NCBI GenBank assembly: GCA_963711735.1
Contig: CAVQFA010000003.1
Location: 284,367-348,366, forward strand
From: Candidatus Gottesmanbacteria bacterium
GTDB lineage: Bacteria > Patescibacteriota > Microgenomatia > UBA10105 > UBA927
Direction: 5' to 3'
Length of the DNA stretch: 64,000 nucleotides
A program made the translations under genes and the position numbers. The notes below the pieces were generated by a model. The model had not been told where the DNA came from. It ran no database searches and saw nothing but the letters and a program-made list of their open reading frames with translations. Below are positions 18,351 to 29,051 of the stretch, piece by piece. The first letter of the stretch is position 1, and each line of letters starts with the position of its first letter.

Positions 18351-20927
18351 TTATGGTGTTAGTGTCGGTGACAGGGCGGGGGTGGGGATGGGGGCACAGC
18401 GTCCACCGAGAGGTTCGGTGCCTTTAACAAAGTATTCTACCCTTCCATAATAACAGGGGAGTGAAATTACATTTTCCGGTTTTGGTGCGACTTCATCAGG
18501 TTTGTTCTTCAGAAGTGCAGTCATAATATCGTGCCATATGGGAGATGCTCCCGTGATGCCGGAGGTAAGAACCGGATCCATCGGAGAGTTATTATTATTT
18601 CCGACCCATACCGTTGTCACATACGACGGAGTGTACCCGATAGTCCAGTTGTCGCGTTTTTCGTTTGTCGTTCCGGTTTTAACGGAAACTGTTTTGCCGG
18701 GTATGACTAAGCTAGAATTGGGTCCGAAAGCAGAGGAGCGCGCCTGGTTGTCAGCAAGGATGTTTCCCATGATCCATGCAACTTCCGGAGTTGTGGCTGG
18801 TATCCCGGTATCGGGCGCATTTTTTTCTACAATATGTCCTGCATAGTCAGTGATCTCAAGAATAGGAAGGAGATCTACATGCCTGCCGGTGTTAGCGAGT
18901 GTTCCGTACGCCTCAGCCATTTCAAGCATCGTGACATCACCACCGCCGAGTGTGAGTGAGAGCCCGTACCGTGATGTGTCCTGCCACGAGTCGATACCCA
19001 TGAGCTGTGCCTTCTGCATCATCGTGGGGAGTCCGATTTTCGCAAGTACCTTCACTGCCGGTACATTGTAGGAGTTAGCAAGTGCCATCCGAAGAGGAGT
19101 AAGTCCATGGAACTTGCCGTCGTAATTAACTGGTGCGTATGAGGGGCTCCCGTATACACGATAGATAACGGGTGAATCATCGATAATCGATGCTGCGGTA
19201 TACCCGTTTTCGAGAGCCGCAGTATAGGTTATAATTTTTATGGATGATCCGGGTTGCCTGAGGGAAGTAGTGACATTGACATTCCCATCGCTTGCCGTAT
19301 CAAAATAATTTTTGCTTCCGACCATTGCGAGTATTTCACCGGTTTTCGGATTTGTGACAAGCGCCGCACCGTTGCCGACCCGAAGAGGGGCAAGTGCAGT
19401 AATCTGGTTTTCCACTATATTTTGTGCCGTTTCCTGTACGGATATATCCAGAGATGTTATAACACGAAGCCCTCCGCGCTCTACGAGACGTGTTCCGTAC
19501 CGTTTCTCCAGTATATTTTTTATGTACATGACAAAGTGCGGTGCGCGCATCTGAACTGCGGGGGATGCATACACGAGCGGTTCGTTTGCAGCTTCATCTG
19601 CCTGTTGTTTGGTTATGTATCCGTCCTCTGACATCCGGCGTAATACTTCGCGCTGTCGCATAACGGCTTTTTCGGGATGAGCACCAAAGGGGGAATATTC
19701 TGTGGGTGCCGCAGGGAGACCGGTGAGAAGCGCTGCCTCTGCAAGAGTCAAATCCTTCACGGATTTATTGAAGTATGTCCGGCTTGCTGATTCGATACCC
19801 CACGCGGTTCCTCCGTACGGAACCTGATTGAGATACATTTCCAATATTTGATTTTTCGTATACATCTGTTCAGCCCAGAATGAAAGAAGAATTTCCTTAA
19901 ATTTCCGTACAATTGTTACCTCCGGAGTCAGAAGAACGGATTTGATAAGCTGCTGGGAAATTGTCGATCCGCCCTGCAGACGATGATTCACGAACGTTTC
20001 TATGAAAGCACGCGTTATCGCACGTATTGAAAATCCCTGATGCTGGTAAAATTCACGGTCCTCAATGGCGATGGTTGCCTCGCGGACCATGGGAGGAATC
20101 TGGGCAAGAGTGAGCGGCGTCCTGTTTTGGTCAGCGTATATTTCGTACAAAAGTATTCCGTTCCGGTCAAATATTTTTGTCGTTACCTCGAGATCCCTGT
20201 GTGTAAGGAGATTTGGATTGGGAAGGGATACAAGCCACTGATAGCTTACAAACGGAATAACTATAAAAACCAGGGTGACGAAAATGCCACTCAGAAACCA
20301 CCTGATGCTGTTGATAATAAGTGATGGTTCGTATTTTCTCTGCCTGGGGGTTTTGGGTGTTATAGTTTTCGTGCGTTTCAGATTTTTTATAAATGACAGG
20401 AAGGGAATATGTAATTTTTTCGGCGGATATATTTCACCCTTCAGGGATATGTTTTTTTTCTTACTTACGTACGTTGTCTGCGTCTTCAAAAAAGATGAGG
20501 AAGGTTCTTTATGTTCGGGAAATCCGATGGAAGCAGCTTTATTTGCAAGTGACGAGAACCACGCCGTGAAGCTCCGGACAATGGTATTTTGAGCAGAATA
20601 GGCTGTACTTTTTGTTGCTGCCCGCAACCGGTCTGATGACCGTTTGGATATGTAATAAAATGCACCTGTCCGTTCACGGATTCTGATTCCGGCAAGCGCG
20701 TAATAGTACTTTAAAAATGCGACAAGCAAAAGAAACTGTTTCCGAACATAGGTGTAGAGGAAAGTATCGACTGAATTTATTATATTATAGGTTATTTTAA
20801 ATGCGAAAAGTAGGAATTTAAAAAATGATCGGACCAGATCTCCGATTTTTTTTAATAATAAGAAAATACCCGTGATTAATTGAAGAACGATATCCATATG
20901 CGCAATACAAAAAAACAGGAAGTCCAC
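18351..20927 (-). CDS. Class A penicillin-binding protein with long N-terminal extension
   Basis: Glycosyltransferase motifs IEDREFY, QGGSTISQQL, RKFKE; transpeptidase motifs SSIK, SYN, KTGT. Start uncertain (20897 is an alternative). Confidence 0.93.
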   Translation of the reverse strand: MDFLFFCIAHMDIVLQLITGIFLLLKKIGDLVRSFFKFLLFAFKITYNIINSVDTFLYTYVRKQFLLLVAFLKYYYALAGIRIRERTGAFYYISKRSSDRLRAATKSTAYSAQNTIVRSFTAWFSSLANKAASIGFPEHKEPSSSFLKTQTTYVSKKKNISLKGEIYPPKKLHIPFLSFIKNLKRTKTITPKTPRQRKYEPSLIINSIRWFLSGIFVTLVFIVIPFVSYQWLVSLPNPNLLTHRDLEVTTKIFDRNGILLYEIYADQNRTPLTLAQIPPMVREATIAIEDREFYQHQGFSIRAITRAFIETFVNHRLQGGSTISQQLIKSVLLTPEVTIVRKFKEILLSFWAEQMYTKNQILEMYLNQVPYGGTAWGIESASRTYFNKSVKDLTLAEAALLTGLPAAPTEYSPFGAHPEKAVMRQREVLRRMSEDGYITKQQADEAANEPLVYASPAVQMRAPHFVMYIKNILEKRYGTRLVERGGLRVITSLDISVQETAQNIVENQITALAPLRVGNGAALVTNPKTGEILAMVGSKNYFDTASDGNVNVTTSLRQPGSSIKIITYTAALENGYTAASIIDDSPVIYRVYGSPSYAPVNYDGKFHGLTPLRMALANSYNVPAVKVLAKIGLPTMMQKAQLMGIDSWQDTSRYGLSLTLGGGDVTMLEMAEAYGTLANTGRHVDLLPILEITDYAGHIVEKNAPDTGIPATTPEVAWIMGNILADNQARSSAFGPNSSLVIPGKTVSVKTGTTNEKRDNWTIGYTPSYVTTVWVGNNNNSPMDPVLTSGITGASPIWHDIMTALLKNKPDEVAPKPENVISLPCYYGRVEYFVKGTEPLGGRCAPIPTPALSPTLTP

Positions 20928-20995
20928 TGAACAGCCTGTGAACTAGTGTTATATCATATTCTATGGGACTATTCAAGAAGAATAATTTCGGAAAA

Positions 20996-23260
20996 TTACC
21001 GTATGATTACGGGTTTTTTGGCATCATGATTACAATCTAAACACCACATGGATAACTCATCGCGAAGTACATCATGATCCTGAATTTCAACATTTTCAGG
21101 AGCTGTTGTCTGTGTGGCAAGATCACCGGTTGTTTTATCTATAGGGACACTCATACGTAACTGTTCACGGGCTGTGGGAACTGTGCCTTTTATGAAGTAC
21201 TCATACCGTGTTGAACATCCCTTATCTCCTTCGCTATTAGGAGGAAGCAAACCGGTCGTGGTGCACACTTCGGCACCGACAATACCTTCGGGTTGTTTTG
21301 GCCAGATATCAGGTTGATTTTCAAGTACCCGCTTCATGAGCTTATTCCATATCGGAGCTGCTCCCGTTACTCCGGAAACAAGCGCCTGGTTCATGCGGGT
21401 GTTATTGTTGTTGCCTACCCAAACTGCGATGAGAAATTGCGGTGTATACCCGATCGTCCAATTATCCCGGTGTTCATCCGTTGTTCCGGTTTTAACCGAT
21501 ACCGCGTGTCCCGGGATAACAAGCGCTGAGTTTGTCCCGAACATGGCAGCGCGGGCGTTGTTATCCAGAAGTATGTGTGAAATGAGATACGCGGTTTCCG
21601 CGGAAAGAACCCTCGGTCCGGAGATAAGAATCTGTGAAGGTACGGACTTTTTCAGATTAGGATCTTTCTGTTCAAAGAGTATCTTTCCCTGGTTGTCCGT
21701 TACCTTTGTGATAGCTATCAGGTCTTTCCGTACTCCTGAATTGGCAAATACGGAAAATGCTGTTGCCATATCCGTCATCCTTACCTCTCCGCCGCCGAGA
21801 GTCAGAGAGAGTCCGTAGTTTTTGGGATCTTTGATAGTAGAAAGTCCGAACGCACTTGCCGATGCGACAAACCCTTCGACAGAATTTATCTTTAACATTT
21901 TTACCGCCGGAATGTTAAAAGAATTACCGAGTGCAAACCGAAGCTGCTGGGGTCCGTGAAATTGGAAATCATAGTTGTTCGGACAGTAGAGGGGTTGGTT
22001 GATGGATGCAAAACATGTCGGTACGTCCAGAAACATTGTTGCGGGTGTAACCCTTTTTTGCTCAATACCGATGCCGTAATTTATGGGTTTTATGGAAGAA
22101 CCGGGTTGCCTGAGAGCTGTGGTGACATTGAAACTGCCGGAGGGTGTGGCGAAATAATCCACACTTCCGACCATGGCGAGTATTTCACCAGTTGCCGGTT
22201 TGGTTATAAGTGCAGCGCCGTTTGATACGTCATAATGCTCTAAATCTTTAATTTCCGCCGCCACTGTTGCCTGTGCATAATCCTGGAGTGTAATATCCAG
22301 AGTTGTTGTGACATTGAGTCCGCCGCGTGCCACGAGTGTCTCGCCGAACTCTTCAACAAGTTTTTCTTTTACGTACATGATAAAATGCGGTGCCCTTATG
22401 TTTGTCTGTTTGGCATATACGAGTGCTTCCTTTTTTGCCTTTTCAGCTTCAGCTTGTGTTATATATCCGTCCTCGACCATACGACGTAAAACTTCCACTT
22501 GACGGTTTTTTGCCAATTCCGGATGGGCACCGAACGGGGAGTAATAAGTAGGAGCCTGAGGAAGACCGGCAAGAAGAGATGCTTCAGCAAGTGTCAGATC
22601 TTTAGCACGCTTGGCGAAATACTTTTCCGCTGCTGTTTCTATACCCCACGCAGTGCCGCCGTACGGAACCTGGTTGAGGTATAACTCAAGTATTTTATCC
22701 TTGGGATAGAGAAGTTCCACCCAAAAAGAAAGGACAATTTCACGGATTTTACGGACGACACTCCTTTGCGGTGTAAGGAGTGCGGTTTTTACTAACTGCT
22801 GTGTGATAGTTGACCCTCCCTGCAGACGTTTTCCCGTGATGGTTGCAACAACCGCCCGGAGCATTCCTCCGATAGGACTTACACCACCGTGCTTATAAAA
22901 ATTTTTATCTTCTATGGATATGGTAGCTTCGCGGACATAAAGCGGAATTTCTGAAAGCGTAACGGCTGTTCTGTTTTCCTCTACAAATATATCGTGGAGA
23001 AGTATACCGTTTCTGTCATATATTTTTGTAGCAAGAGGAACAGAATATGTTTCAAGTCCTTTTGGTGAAGGAAGGTCTTTGAAAATGAGAAGATATGACC
23101 CTATGATAAGTGACAGAGGCAGAAGCCAAAATGCCCATTTGATACGTTGACCGTGTACCCGGGGAATTGGTAACGCAAAACGGGAAACGAAGGATTTGAC
23201 ACCCTTCAGGGAGATTTTATGAAATCCTTTTTCAATCCTTTGTCGAAATGTAGACGTCAT
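20996..23260 (-). CDS. Class A penicillin-binding protein
   Basis: IEDKNFY, QGGSTITQQL, RKIRE; SSIK, SFN, KTGT. Confidence 0.95.
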   Translation of the reverse strand: MTSTFRQRIEKGFHKISLKGVKSFVSRFALPIPRVHGQRIKWAFWLLPLSLIIGSYLLIFKDLPSPKGLETYSVPLATKIYDRNGILLHDIFVEENRTAVTLSEIPLYVREATISIEDKNFYKHGGVSPIGGMLRAVVATITGKRLQGGSTITQQLVKTALLTPQRSVVRKIREIVLSFWVELLYPKDKILELYLNQVPYGGTAWGIETAAEKYFAKRAKDLTLAEASLLAGLPQAPTYYSPFGAHPELAKNRQVEVLRRMVEDGYITQAEAEKAKKEALVYAKQTNIRAPHFIMYVKEKLVEEFGETLVARGGLNVTTTLDITLQDYAQATVAAEIKDLEHYDVSNGAALITKPATGEILAMVGSVDYFATPSGSFNVTTALRQPGSSIKPINYGIGIEQKRVTPATMFLDVPTCFASINQPLYCPNNYDFQFHGPQQLRFALGNSFNIPAVKMLKINSVEGFVASASAFGLSTIKDPKNYGLSLTLGGGEVRMTDMATAFSVFANSGVRKDLIAITKVTDNQGKILFEQKDPNLKKSVPSQILISGPRVLSAETAYLISHILLDNNARAAMFGTNSALVIPGHAVSVKTGTTDEHRDNWTIGYTPQFLIAVWVGNNNNTRMNQALVSGVTGAAPIWNKLMKRVLENQPDIWPKQPEGIVGAEVCTTTGLLPPNSEGDKGCSTRYEYFIKGTVPTAREQLRMSVPIDKTTGDLATQTTAPENVEIQDHDVLRDELSMWCLDCNHDAKKPVIIR

Positions 23261-23456
23261 GGGTACATTATATATACTGAAAAATCTATAGTTTGTAAAT
23301 GTTTTTCCAAAATATACTATTCTGCTAACCTTTTTCAGCTGTCCGCAATCGGAAGCAAATTTCTACCCGGAGTAAGAATGGTATAATAGTTTGACGTATT
23401 TTAACAGTATTTCGGATGTTTCGCACATATCACTTTCTGGGTTTACAGGTACCGGT

Positions 23457-24179
23457 ATGAAACAACTCGATCCTATTTTCCTTCGGTCAAGAACTCTTAT
23501 TCCCCACCTGTCCGAGGTGCATGCTCAAACAATGGGAAATGCGAAACGGCAGGAAGATACGATAGGAAATTACCTGGATGAGTTTTATGTTCTTGCAGAC
23601 GGAGCGGGAGAAACGCCTCATGGGGATATGTCCAGCAAACTTGCGGTAGAAACCGCAATATGGGGGTATAAACTGATAAGACAAAGACGGTATTATTGGA
23701 CGGAAAAAGACAGGTTAGTGTACAGAATTTTCCGGTCGGTAAACATATGTCTTTGGCAAAAAAGGAGAGAAGATACCTTTACGGAAGGACTGGCAACGAC
23801 GTTGGCATGTGCGATTCTCGGAAATAATAAAATTTGGATAGGGTCATCCGGTGACAGCAGAATATTTCTTATCCGTAACGGAGAAATTCTCGTTAAAACT
23901 GAAATTGACAGAGACCAAAACGGACGCTGCAACCACATGCTCGGAGTTGACCGTTACGGTATCATGCCGCATATATATGTTATTCCGTATCACCGCGGAG
24001 ATACGGTTGTATTCACATCAGATGGAGTGACGGATTATATTTCCGACAGTGAAATACAAGTGCATGTAACGGAACATATCAATGACCTGAAGATTTGTGC
24101 AGACTATTTCATCAAAGAAGCGGGAAAAAGAGGTTCAAAACAGAATGCAACCGCACTCATTGTTCACAGAATGACATAA
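23457..24179 (+). CDS. PP2C-family phosphatase-like protein (possibly degenerate)
   Basis: RQED, LADG, ATTL, GDSR, SDG; last motif reads SKQNAT rather than xDNxT. Start uncertain (23391 TTG or 23457 ATG). Confidence 0.8.
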   Translation: MKQLDPIFLRSRTLIPHLSEVHAQTMGNAKRQEDTIGNYLDEFYVLADGAGETPHGDMSSKLAVETAIWGYKLIRQRRYYWTEKDRLVYRIFRSVNICLWQKRREDTFTEGLATTLACAILGNNKIWIGSSGDSRIFLIRNGEILVKTEIDRDQNGRCNHMLGVDRYGIMPHIYVIPYHRGDTVVFTSDGVTDYISDSEIQVHVTEHINDLKICADYFIKEAGKRGSKQNATALIVHRMT

Positions 24180-24225
24180 ATCTACATCTTGTTAAAACTG
24201 TGAAGTATGTACATAATATAAGCAT

Positions 24226-25710
24226 ATGACTGCCCAGTTATTTGAATCAATTTATAACAACGATACACCTCCTACGTATAAGTATTTCAACGGATCCGCA
24301 TGGGTAGACAGTACAAGCGGACAAACCAGAGACGTTCAATCACCCGTTGACAACACGATCATCGGAAAGTTGTCTGTTGTATCCAAAGAAGAAATCGACA
24401 AAGCACTCGAGAAGGCAAGGGATGCACAGGGCAAATGGGAAAATGTACCTTTAAATCAGCGGATAAAAATAAATCATTTAGCTGCAGATTACATCCGTCT
24501 TCACCAGGAATATCTGACGTCACTTCTCGTTTCGGAAGTCGGTAAATCGGTTGATGAAGCAAAAAGCGAAATCGCACGGACTGCTGACCTTATAGATTAT
24601 TACGCTGATGAAGCACAATCCATCAGAGGTGAAACGCTTGACAGTGACAATTTTCCCGGATTTGATAAGGGAAGAATTGCAGTTATAGAACGTGTTGCAC
24701 ACGGAACGGTTCTTGCTATAGCACCGTTTAATTATCCGGTAAATCTTTCTGCATCAAAAATTGCACCGGCACTTCTTATGGGCAACGCGGTTGTCTTTAA
24801 ACCACCGACACAGGGCGGAATAAGTGCTTTACATCTGGCGCAGATGTATATCGCAGCCGGAGTACCTGAAGGAATCTTAACAGTGCTAACCGGAAGCGGA
24901 GCAGATATAGGAGATTATCTTGTTAGCCATCCGCTTGTTTCCATGGTGGCTTTCACAGGATCAAGCATTACCGGTGAGGCTATAGCAGGAAAAGCGGCAA
25001 TGAAACCACTCCTTTTTGAATGCGGCGGCAATAACCCCGCAGTCATATTACCGGATGCGGATATGAAGCTGACGGCGAAAGAAATTGTCAAAGGTGCATT
25101 TGCGTTTGCAGGACAGCGATGTACGACTATAAAATATGTTTTAGCTACACCCGGAGTCCTTGAAACATTTAAACCGATTCTTCTGTCTACTATGACGGAG
25201 CTTATCCATATGGGGGATCCCAGAAGTCCGCACACCAAATTGGTCGGACCTGTCATCACTGAAGAAGTCGCAGGGAAAATCCAGGAGGTTATCGATGAGG
25301 CGGTACGGGAAGGCGCAAAAATACTCACGGGAGGAAAAAGAAACGGTGCATATGTGGATCCGACAGTTTTGGAAAATGCAACACCGTCTATGCGCATCGT
25401 ACGTCAGGAGATATTCGGACCTGTGTTGTCACTCATTGCGGTATCAGGCATGGAGGAAGTGACCAAGATAATCAATAATTCACACTATGGATTGCAGGCG
25501 TGTGTATTTACCTCCGACGAAGGATCAGGACTTATTGCAGCAGGGCCTCTTCATGTCGGCACTGTTCAGATTAATGGTTCTCCGCAGCGCGGACCTGATC
25601 ATTTCCCGTTTTTGGGTATAAAAGGATCGGGAGTCGGGGTTCAGGGGGTCAGATATTCACTGGAAGCAATGAGCCGTTTGAAACCTGTCGTCATTAACAA
25701 ACCCCAGTAA
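24226..25710 (+). CDS. gapN: Non-phosphorylating NADP-dependent glyceraldehyde-3-phosphate dehydrogenase (ALDH family)
   Basis: PFNYPVNLSASKIAPAL, KPPTQG, ECGG, GQRCT, QRGPDHFPFLGIKGSG, GVQGVRYSLEAM. Confidence 0.88.
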   Translation: MTAQLFESIYNNDTPPTYKYFNGSAWVDSTSGQTRDVQSPVDNTIIGKLSVVSKEEIDKALEKARDAQGKWENVPLNQRIKINHLAADYIRLHQEYLTSLLVSEVGKSVDEAKSEIARTADLIDYYADEAQSIRGETLDSDNFPGFDKGRIAVIERVAHGTVLAIAPFNYPVNLSASKIAPALLMGNAVVFKPPTQGGISALHLAQMYIAAGVPEGILTVLTGSGADIGDYLVSHPLVSMVAFTGSSITGEAIAGKAAMKPLLFECGGNNPAVILPDADMKLTAKEIVKGAFAFAGQRCTTIKYVLATPGVLETFKPILLSTMTELIHMGDPRSPHTKLVGPVITEEVAGKIQEVIDEAVREGAKILTGGKRNGAYVDPTVLENATPSMRIVRQEIFGPVLSLIAVSGMEEVTKIINNSHYGLQACVFTSDEGSGLIAAGPLHVGTVQINGSPQRGPDHFPFLGIKGSGVGVQGVRYSLEAMSRLKPVVINKPQ

Positions 25711-25762
25711 AATAAATATCTATTTGCTCCTGTTTTACGGGATGTGATATGATCCATTCAGC

Positions 25763-26686
25763 ATGAGACGAAAGCTTGTTTTTCTGGTAATAATCGTAAT
25801 TTTTATCGTTGCCGGATTTTTTCTTTATCGGCTTATCCGCGGAACACCAGCCCGACTCGGAGTTCTCAAAGTTACCACTTCGCCCTCAACCACGATTTTT
25901 TTGGATAACCGTCATTTAGGACGGGTACCGTATGAAGACAAAGTACCGGAAGGAGAGTACACGGTTAAGTTGGTTCCTGAAACCGCAACAGAACCGGTTA
26001 TTTCCTGGCAGGGTAAGATAAAAATAGTCAGGAATCTGCTTACCTATATTAATGCGGACCTGGCTGATTCAGAATTTTCGTCATCAGTCGATATCCTGTG
26101 GCTTGAAAAAATCCCGTCCAAATCATCGGAGTTATCAGTAATAACAAATCCGGACGGGGCGACGGTATCCCTTGACGGGGATGTAAAAGGAGCAAGTCCT
26201 ATTGTTGTTGCGGACGTTGTACCCGGCGATCATACAGTGACAATCGTATCTCCCGGATTTCTTCCGAGAACCCTGAAAATCAAAACGACAAGCGGGTATA
26301 AATTACTGGCAAATATTAAACTCGCTCTTGCACCGGGCGGTACACAGATATCACCGACGCAAAGTGTAGCTTCACAATCAGCAACACCAACGGTTAAACC
26401 CGGTGCCCGCGTGAGTCCCCAGACGAGCCCCTCACCGACAGCTTCTGTTTCATCAACACCCAAGACTACAGCGGATCCTCCCAAACCGTTTGCACTCATA
26501 AAAGACACACCCACAGGATTTTTACGCGTACGGATGGAGCCAACTACTGCTGCCACGGAAGCCGCGAAGGTATATCCCGGTGATAAATTTACCATATTTG
26601 ATACAAAAAGCGGGTGGTATCAAATTGAATATGACGGTACGAATAAAGGGTGGATTTCCTCACAGTACGCTACGAAGGTTGAATAA
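25763..26686 (+). CDS. PEGA-domain protein with C-terminal SH3-like domain
   Basis: TM, two PEGA repeats, S/P/T linker, GFLRVR...GWYQI...GWIS. Confidence 0.85.
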   Translation: MRRKLVFLVIIVIFIVAGFFLYRLIRGTPARLGVLKVTTSPSTTIFLDNRHLGRVPYEDKVPEGEYTVKLVPETATEPVISWQGKIKIVRNLLTYINADLADSEFSSSVDILWLEKIPSKSSELSVITNPDGATVSLDGDVKGASPIVVADVVPGDHTVTIVSPGFLPRTLKIKTTSGYKLLANIKLALAPGGTQISPTQSVASQSATPTVKPGARVSPQTSPSPTASVSSTPKTTADPPKPFALIKDTPTGFLRVRMEPTTAATEAAKVYPGDKFTIFDTKSGWYQIEYDGTNKGWISSQYATKVE

Positions 26687-26690
26687 TTCT

Positions 26691-27629
26691 TCATCCGCCT
26701 ATTCCTAAAATTACCAGAAGGACACTTGCTCCCCATAACATGACGGTGAGTATAAGAGGTGAATCGCTAGTCAGTACTTTTTCAGGAGATTCACCCTTTC
26801 CTTCATAAATAAGCTGCATATACCGCATAATTCCATACAGGACAAACGGTATAGTGATCATCATCCATTTTCTGTTGGTAAAATCATCAACAAATCCCGT
26901 GTATCCGCGAAACAGCATTCCTTCGCGGACAGGATGTTCCAGAAAGGTATAAAACGCATACGCGATAAATGTGGAATTTGCAAACATCGCCGTATAGGTA
27001 TCGAGAAGCTTTTCCGAGTAATGAGACAGAGTTTCGCGTGTCTGGCTCGGAAGGATACCTTTATATCCCTGAATAAGTGTAAGCTCTGACCGGCGTTTTC
27101 CGATTGCCAGAAACAATGAGAGAGAAAGTGCGGCAAGTGCGAGCCATACGGAAATATGTAAACCGGTTATAGCTTCTCCCGCGTATACTCTGATGATATA
27201 TCCGCCGGTGATTGCAAGAATATCAATAACACTGGTTTTTTTCAGAAGGAGTGAATACGTGTATTGGAGAACAACAAAACAGATTGACAGGAAAAAAAAT
27301 GATACGGATAACGTGTAACTTAATACCAGGCCTGCGACCATAAAAAGGAGTGATGCAAAGAGTGCAATCGGTATAGGAAGGGATCCGCTTGCGACAGGCC
27401 TAAAACGTTTAAAAGGATGTTTTCTGTCAGACGGAGCATCAAGAACATCATTGATAAGATAATTAGATGAAGCGAGGAAACAAAATACGATAAATCCGAC
27501 AGCGGTCGGCAAAAAATGTTCGGGTGAAAAGATCGTTCCTGTAAACAGGAGTGTAGAAAAAATCGCTACATTTTTCAGCCATTGTCTTGGTCTCGCGGTT
27601 TTGAAAATTGCGTAAAGAATTTTACCCAT
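26691..27629 (-). CDS. UbiA family, decaprenyl-phosphate phosphoribosyltransferase-like
   Basis: RPRQWLKN, NDVLDAPSDRKHPFKRFRPVASG, GKRRSEL, GESPE. Confidence 0.88.
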   Translation of the reverse strand: MGKILYAIFKTARPRQWLKNVAIFSTLLFTGTIFSPEHFLPTAVGFIVFCFLASSNYLINDVLDAPSDRKHPFKRFRPVASGSLPIPIALFASLLFMVAGLVLSYTLSVSFFFLSICFVVLQYTYSLLLKKTSVIDILAITGGYIIRVYAGEAITGLHISVWLALAALSLSLFLAIGKRRSELTLIQGYKGILPSQTRETLSHYSEKLLDTYTAMFANSTFIAYAFYTFLEHPVREGMLFRGYTGFVDDFTNRKWMMITIPFVLYGIMRYMQLIYEGKGESPEKVLTSDSPLILTVMLWGASVLLVILGIGG

Positions 27630-28657
27630 ACAACAAATCCTCCAAATGCCACTGCTACCAATAATAATGCAAACACTTTCTGTTGGCTAGTGACCGTTAG
27701 GGCAATAATACCGAGAACGAGTGTAATGAACCAGTAAAAAACAGCAATTCTCCGTTTTCCCCACCCGATATCCAGAAGCATATGATGCAGGTGTCCGCGG
27801 TCAGCCTGTACCGGTGACTTGCCTTTTTGTACGCGTCTAAGAAGCGTATATACGGCATCGATCATCGGTATGCCTAAAACCAGCAGTGCCGTACCGACTT
27901 TAGCTGAGGATAAAATCCCGAGAACCGCAAGCATCAGACCGGCGAGTGTTTTTCCGCCGTATCCGGGCATAATTTTCTGCGGGAAAAAATTCCAGACAAG
28001 AAATCCCGCAAATGCGCCGGATACGATAAACGCGAGAACCGCGGTGTTTGCTACACTTGGATCCGTCGGGACAAACCGAAGTGATAAAAGTCCAAGCACA
28101 GCAGCAGCAATGGCTACAAAACCGGGCATCTGTCCGTCGACACCTGCTGACCAACCTATGATATTGATGGTCCATAATATCCAAATGAATGCAGCAATGT
28201 TTGAAAATACAATCAGTGAGTATGGGAGTATTTCTGCAAACGGAAGATGATACATATCAAGTCTGAGTACTCCGCCTGTGAGGGGATTTGTAATATACGG
28301 AATATTGACACCGGCATAAATGATACAACCGGCAGCAATAGCGTTTGTTGCCAGACGGATATACGGGCTCACGTCCCGTTTATCATCAAAAAGACCGACA
28401 ATGACAAGGAGGAGTCCGGCGCCGAGAATAATACATAATTTAGCAGAAATTCCGAGGAACGTATACGAAATAATACCTATTCCGATAATAAGAGCGAGTC
28501 CTCCAGCGCGGGCGATAATCCCGGTATGCGTGTGTGCAGGGTGATATCTTTTATGAGGATCATCAACGAGGCCGTATATAAAAGCTATTTTAATAACCAG
28601 AGGCGTAACAACACAGGTAAGAATAAATGATGATACGAATGCTAAAGCAATTATCAT
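27575..28657 (-). CDS. WecA/TagO-like polyprenyl-phosphate GlcNAc-1-phosphate transferase (MraY-like family)
   Basis: GLFDD, GVDGQ, WNFFPQKIMPG, DRGHLHH. Confidence 0.9.
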   Translation of the reverse strand: MIIALAFVSSFILTCVVTPLVIKIAFIYGLVDDPHKRYHPAHTHTGIIARAGGLALIIGIGIISYTFLGISAKLCIILGAGLLLVIVGLFDDKRDVSPYIRLATNAIAAGCIIYAGVNIPYITNPLTGGVLRLDMYHLPFAEILPYSLIVFSNIAAFIWILWTINIIGWSAGVDGQMPGFVAIAAAVLGLLSLRFVPTDPSVANTAVLAFIVSGAFAGFLVWNFFPQKIMPGYGGKTLAGLMLAVLGILSSAKVGTALLVLGIPMIDAVYTLLRRVQKGKSPVQADRGHLHHMLLDIGWGKRRIAVFYWFITLVLGIIALTVTSQQKVFALLLVAVAFGGFVVWVKFFTQFSKPRDQDNG

Positions 28658-28660
28658 ACA

Positions 28661-29050
28661 TTATGTTATAAGCGTTATGATTTTCGCGACAATAATGAGC
28701 GAGAGTGTAGAGGTAAAAGCGGAAACGAGAAATGCTGTTTGCATAAAAACGCGGTAACGGGGCTCCCATTTCATACCAATTGCCGTATAGAATATATGCC
28801 AGATAATATTTACCGCAGGTAACAGAAAAAGATATCCGGGTGATGCGAGCCGTTCCGTTCCCCATGGTTTGATATACCAGAAGGGTACAGCCGGAGGAAG
28901 ATTCCGCCAATACAACGCAATAAGAAGAAGAGAAGCGAGCGTCGTGATTGCCACACACGATGTGGCTACGGAAAATATCCAATTATGTGAAAGGGTCTGA
29001 ATGTTAAAACGGAGTATCCTCCAAACATTCGGAACGTCGTTGGTGAGCAT
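28661..29050 (-). CDS. Small three-TM membrane protein (DUF1648-like)
   Basis: LPPAVPFWYIKPWG; operonic spacing. Confidence 0.7.
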   Translation of the reverse strand: MLTNDVPNVWRILRFNIQTLSHNWIFSVATSCVAITTLASLLLIALYWRNLPPAVPFWYIKPWGTERLASPGYLFLLPAVNIIWHIFYTAIGMKWEPRYRVFMQTAFLVSAFTSTLSLIIVAKIITLIT

Positions 29051-29051
29051 A

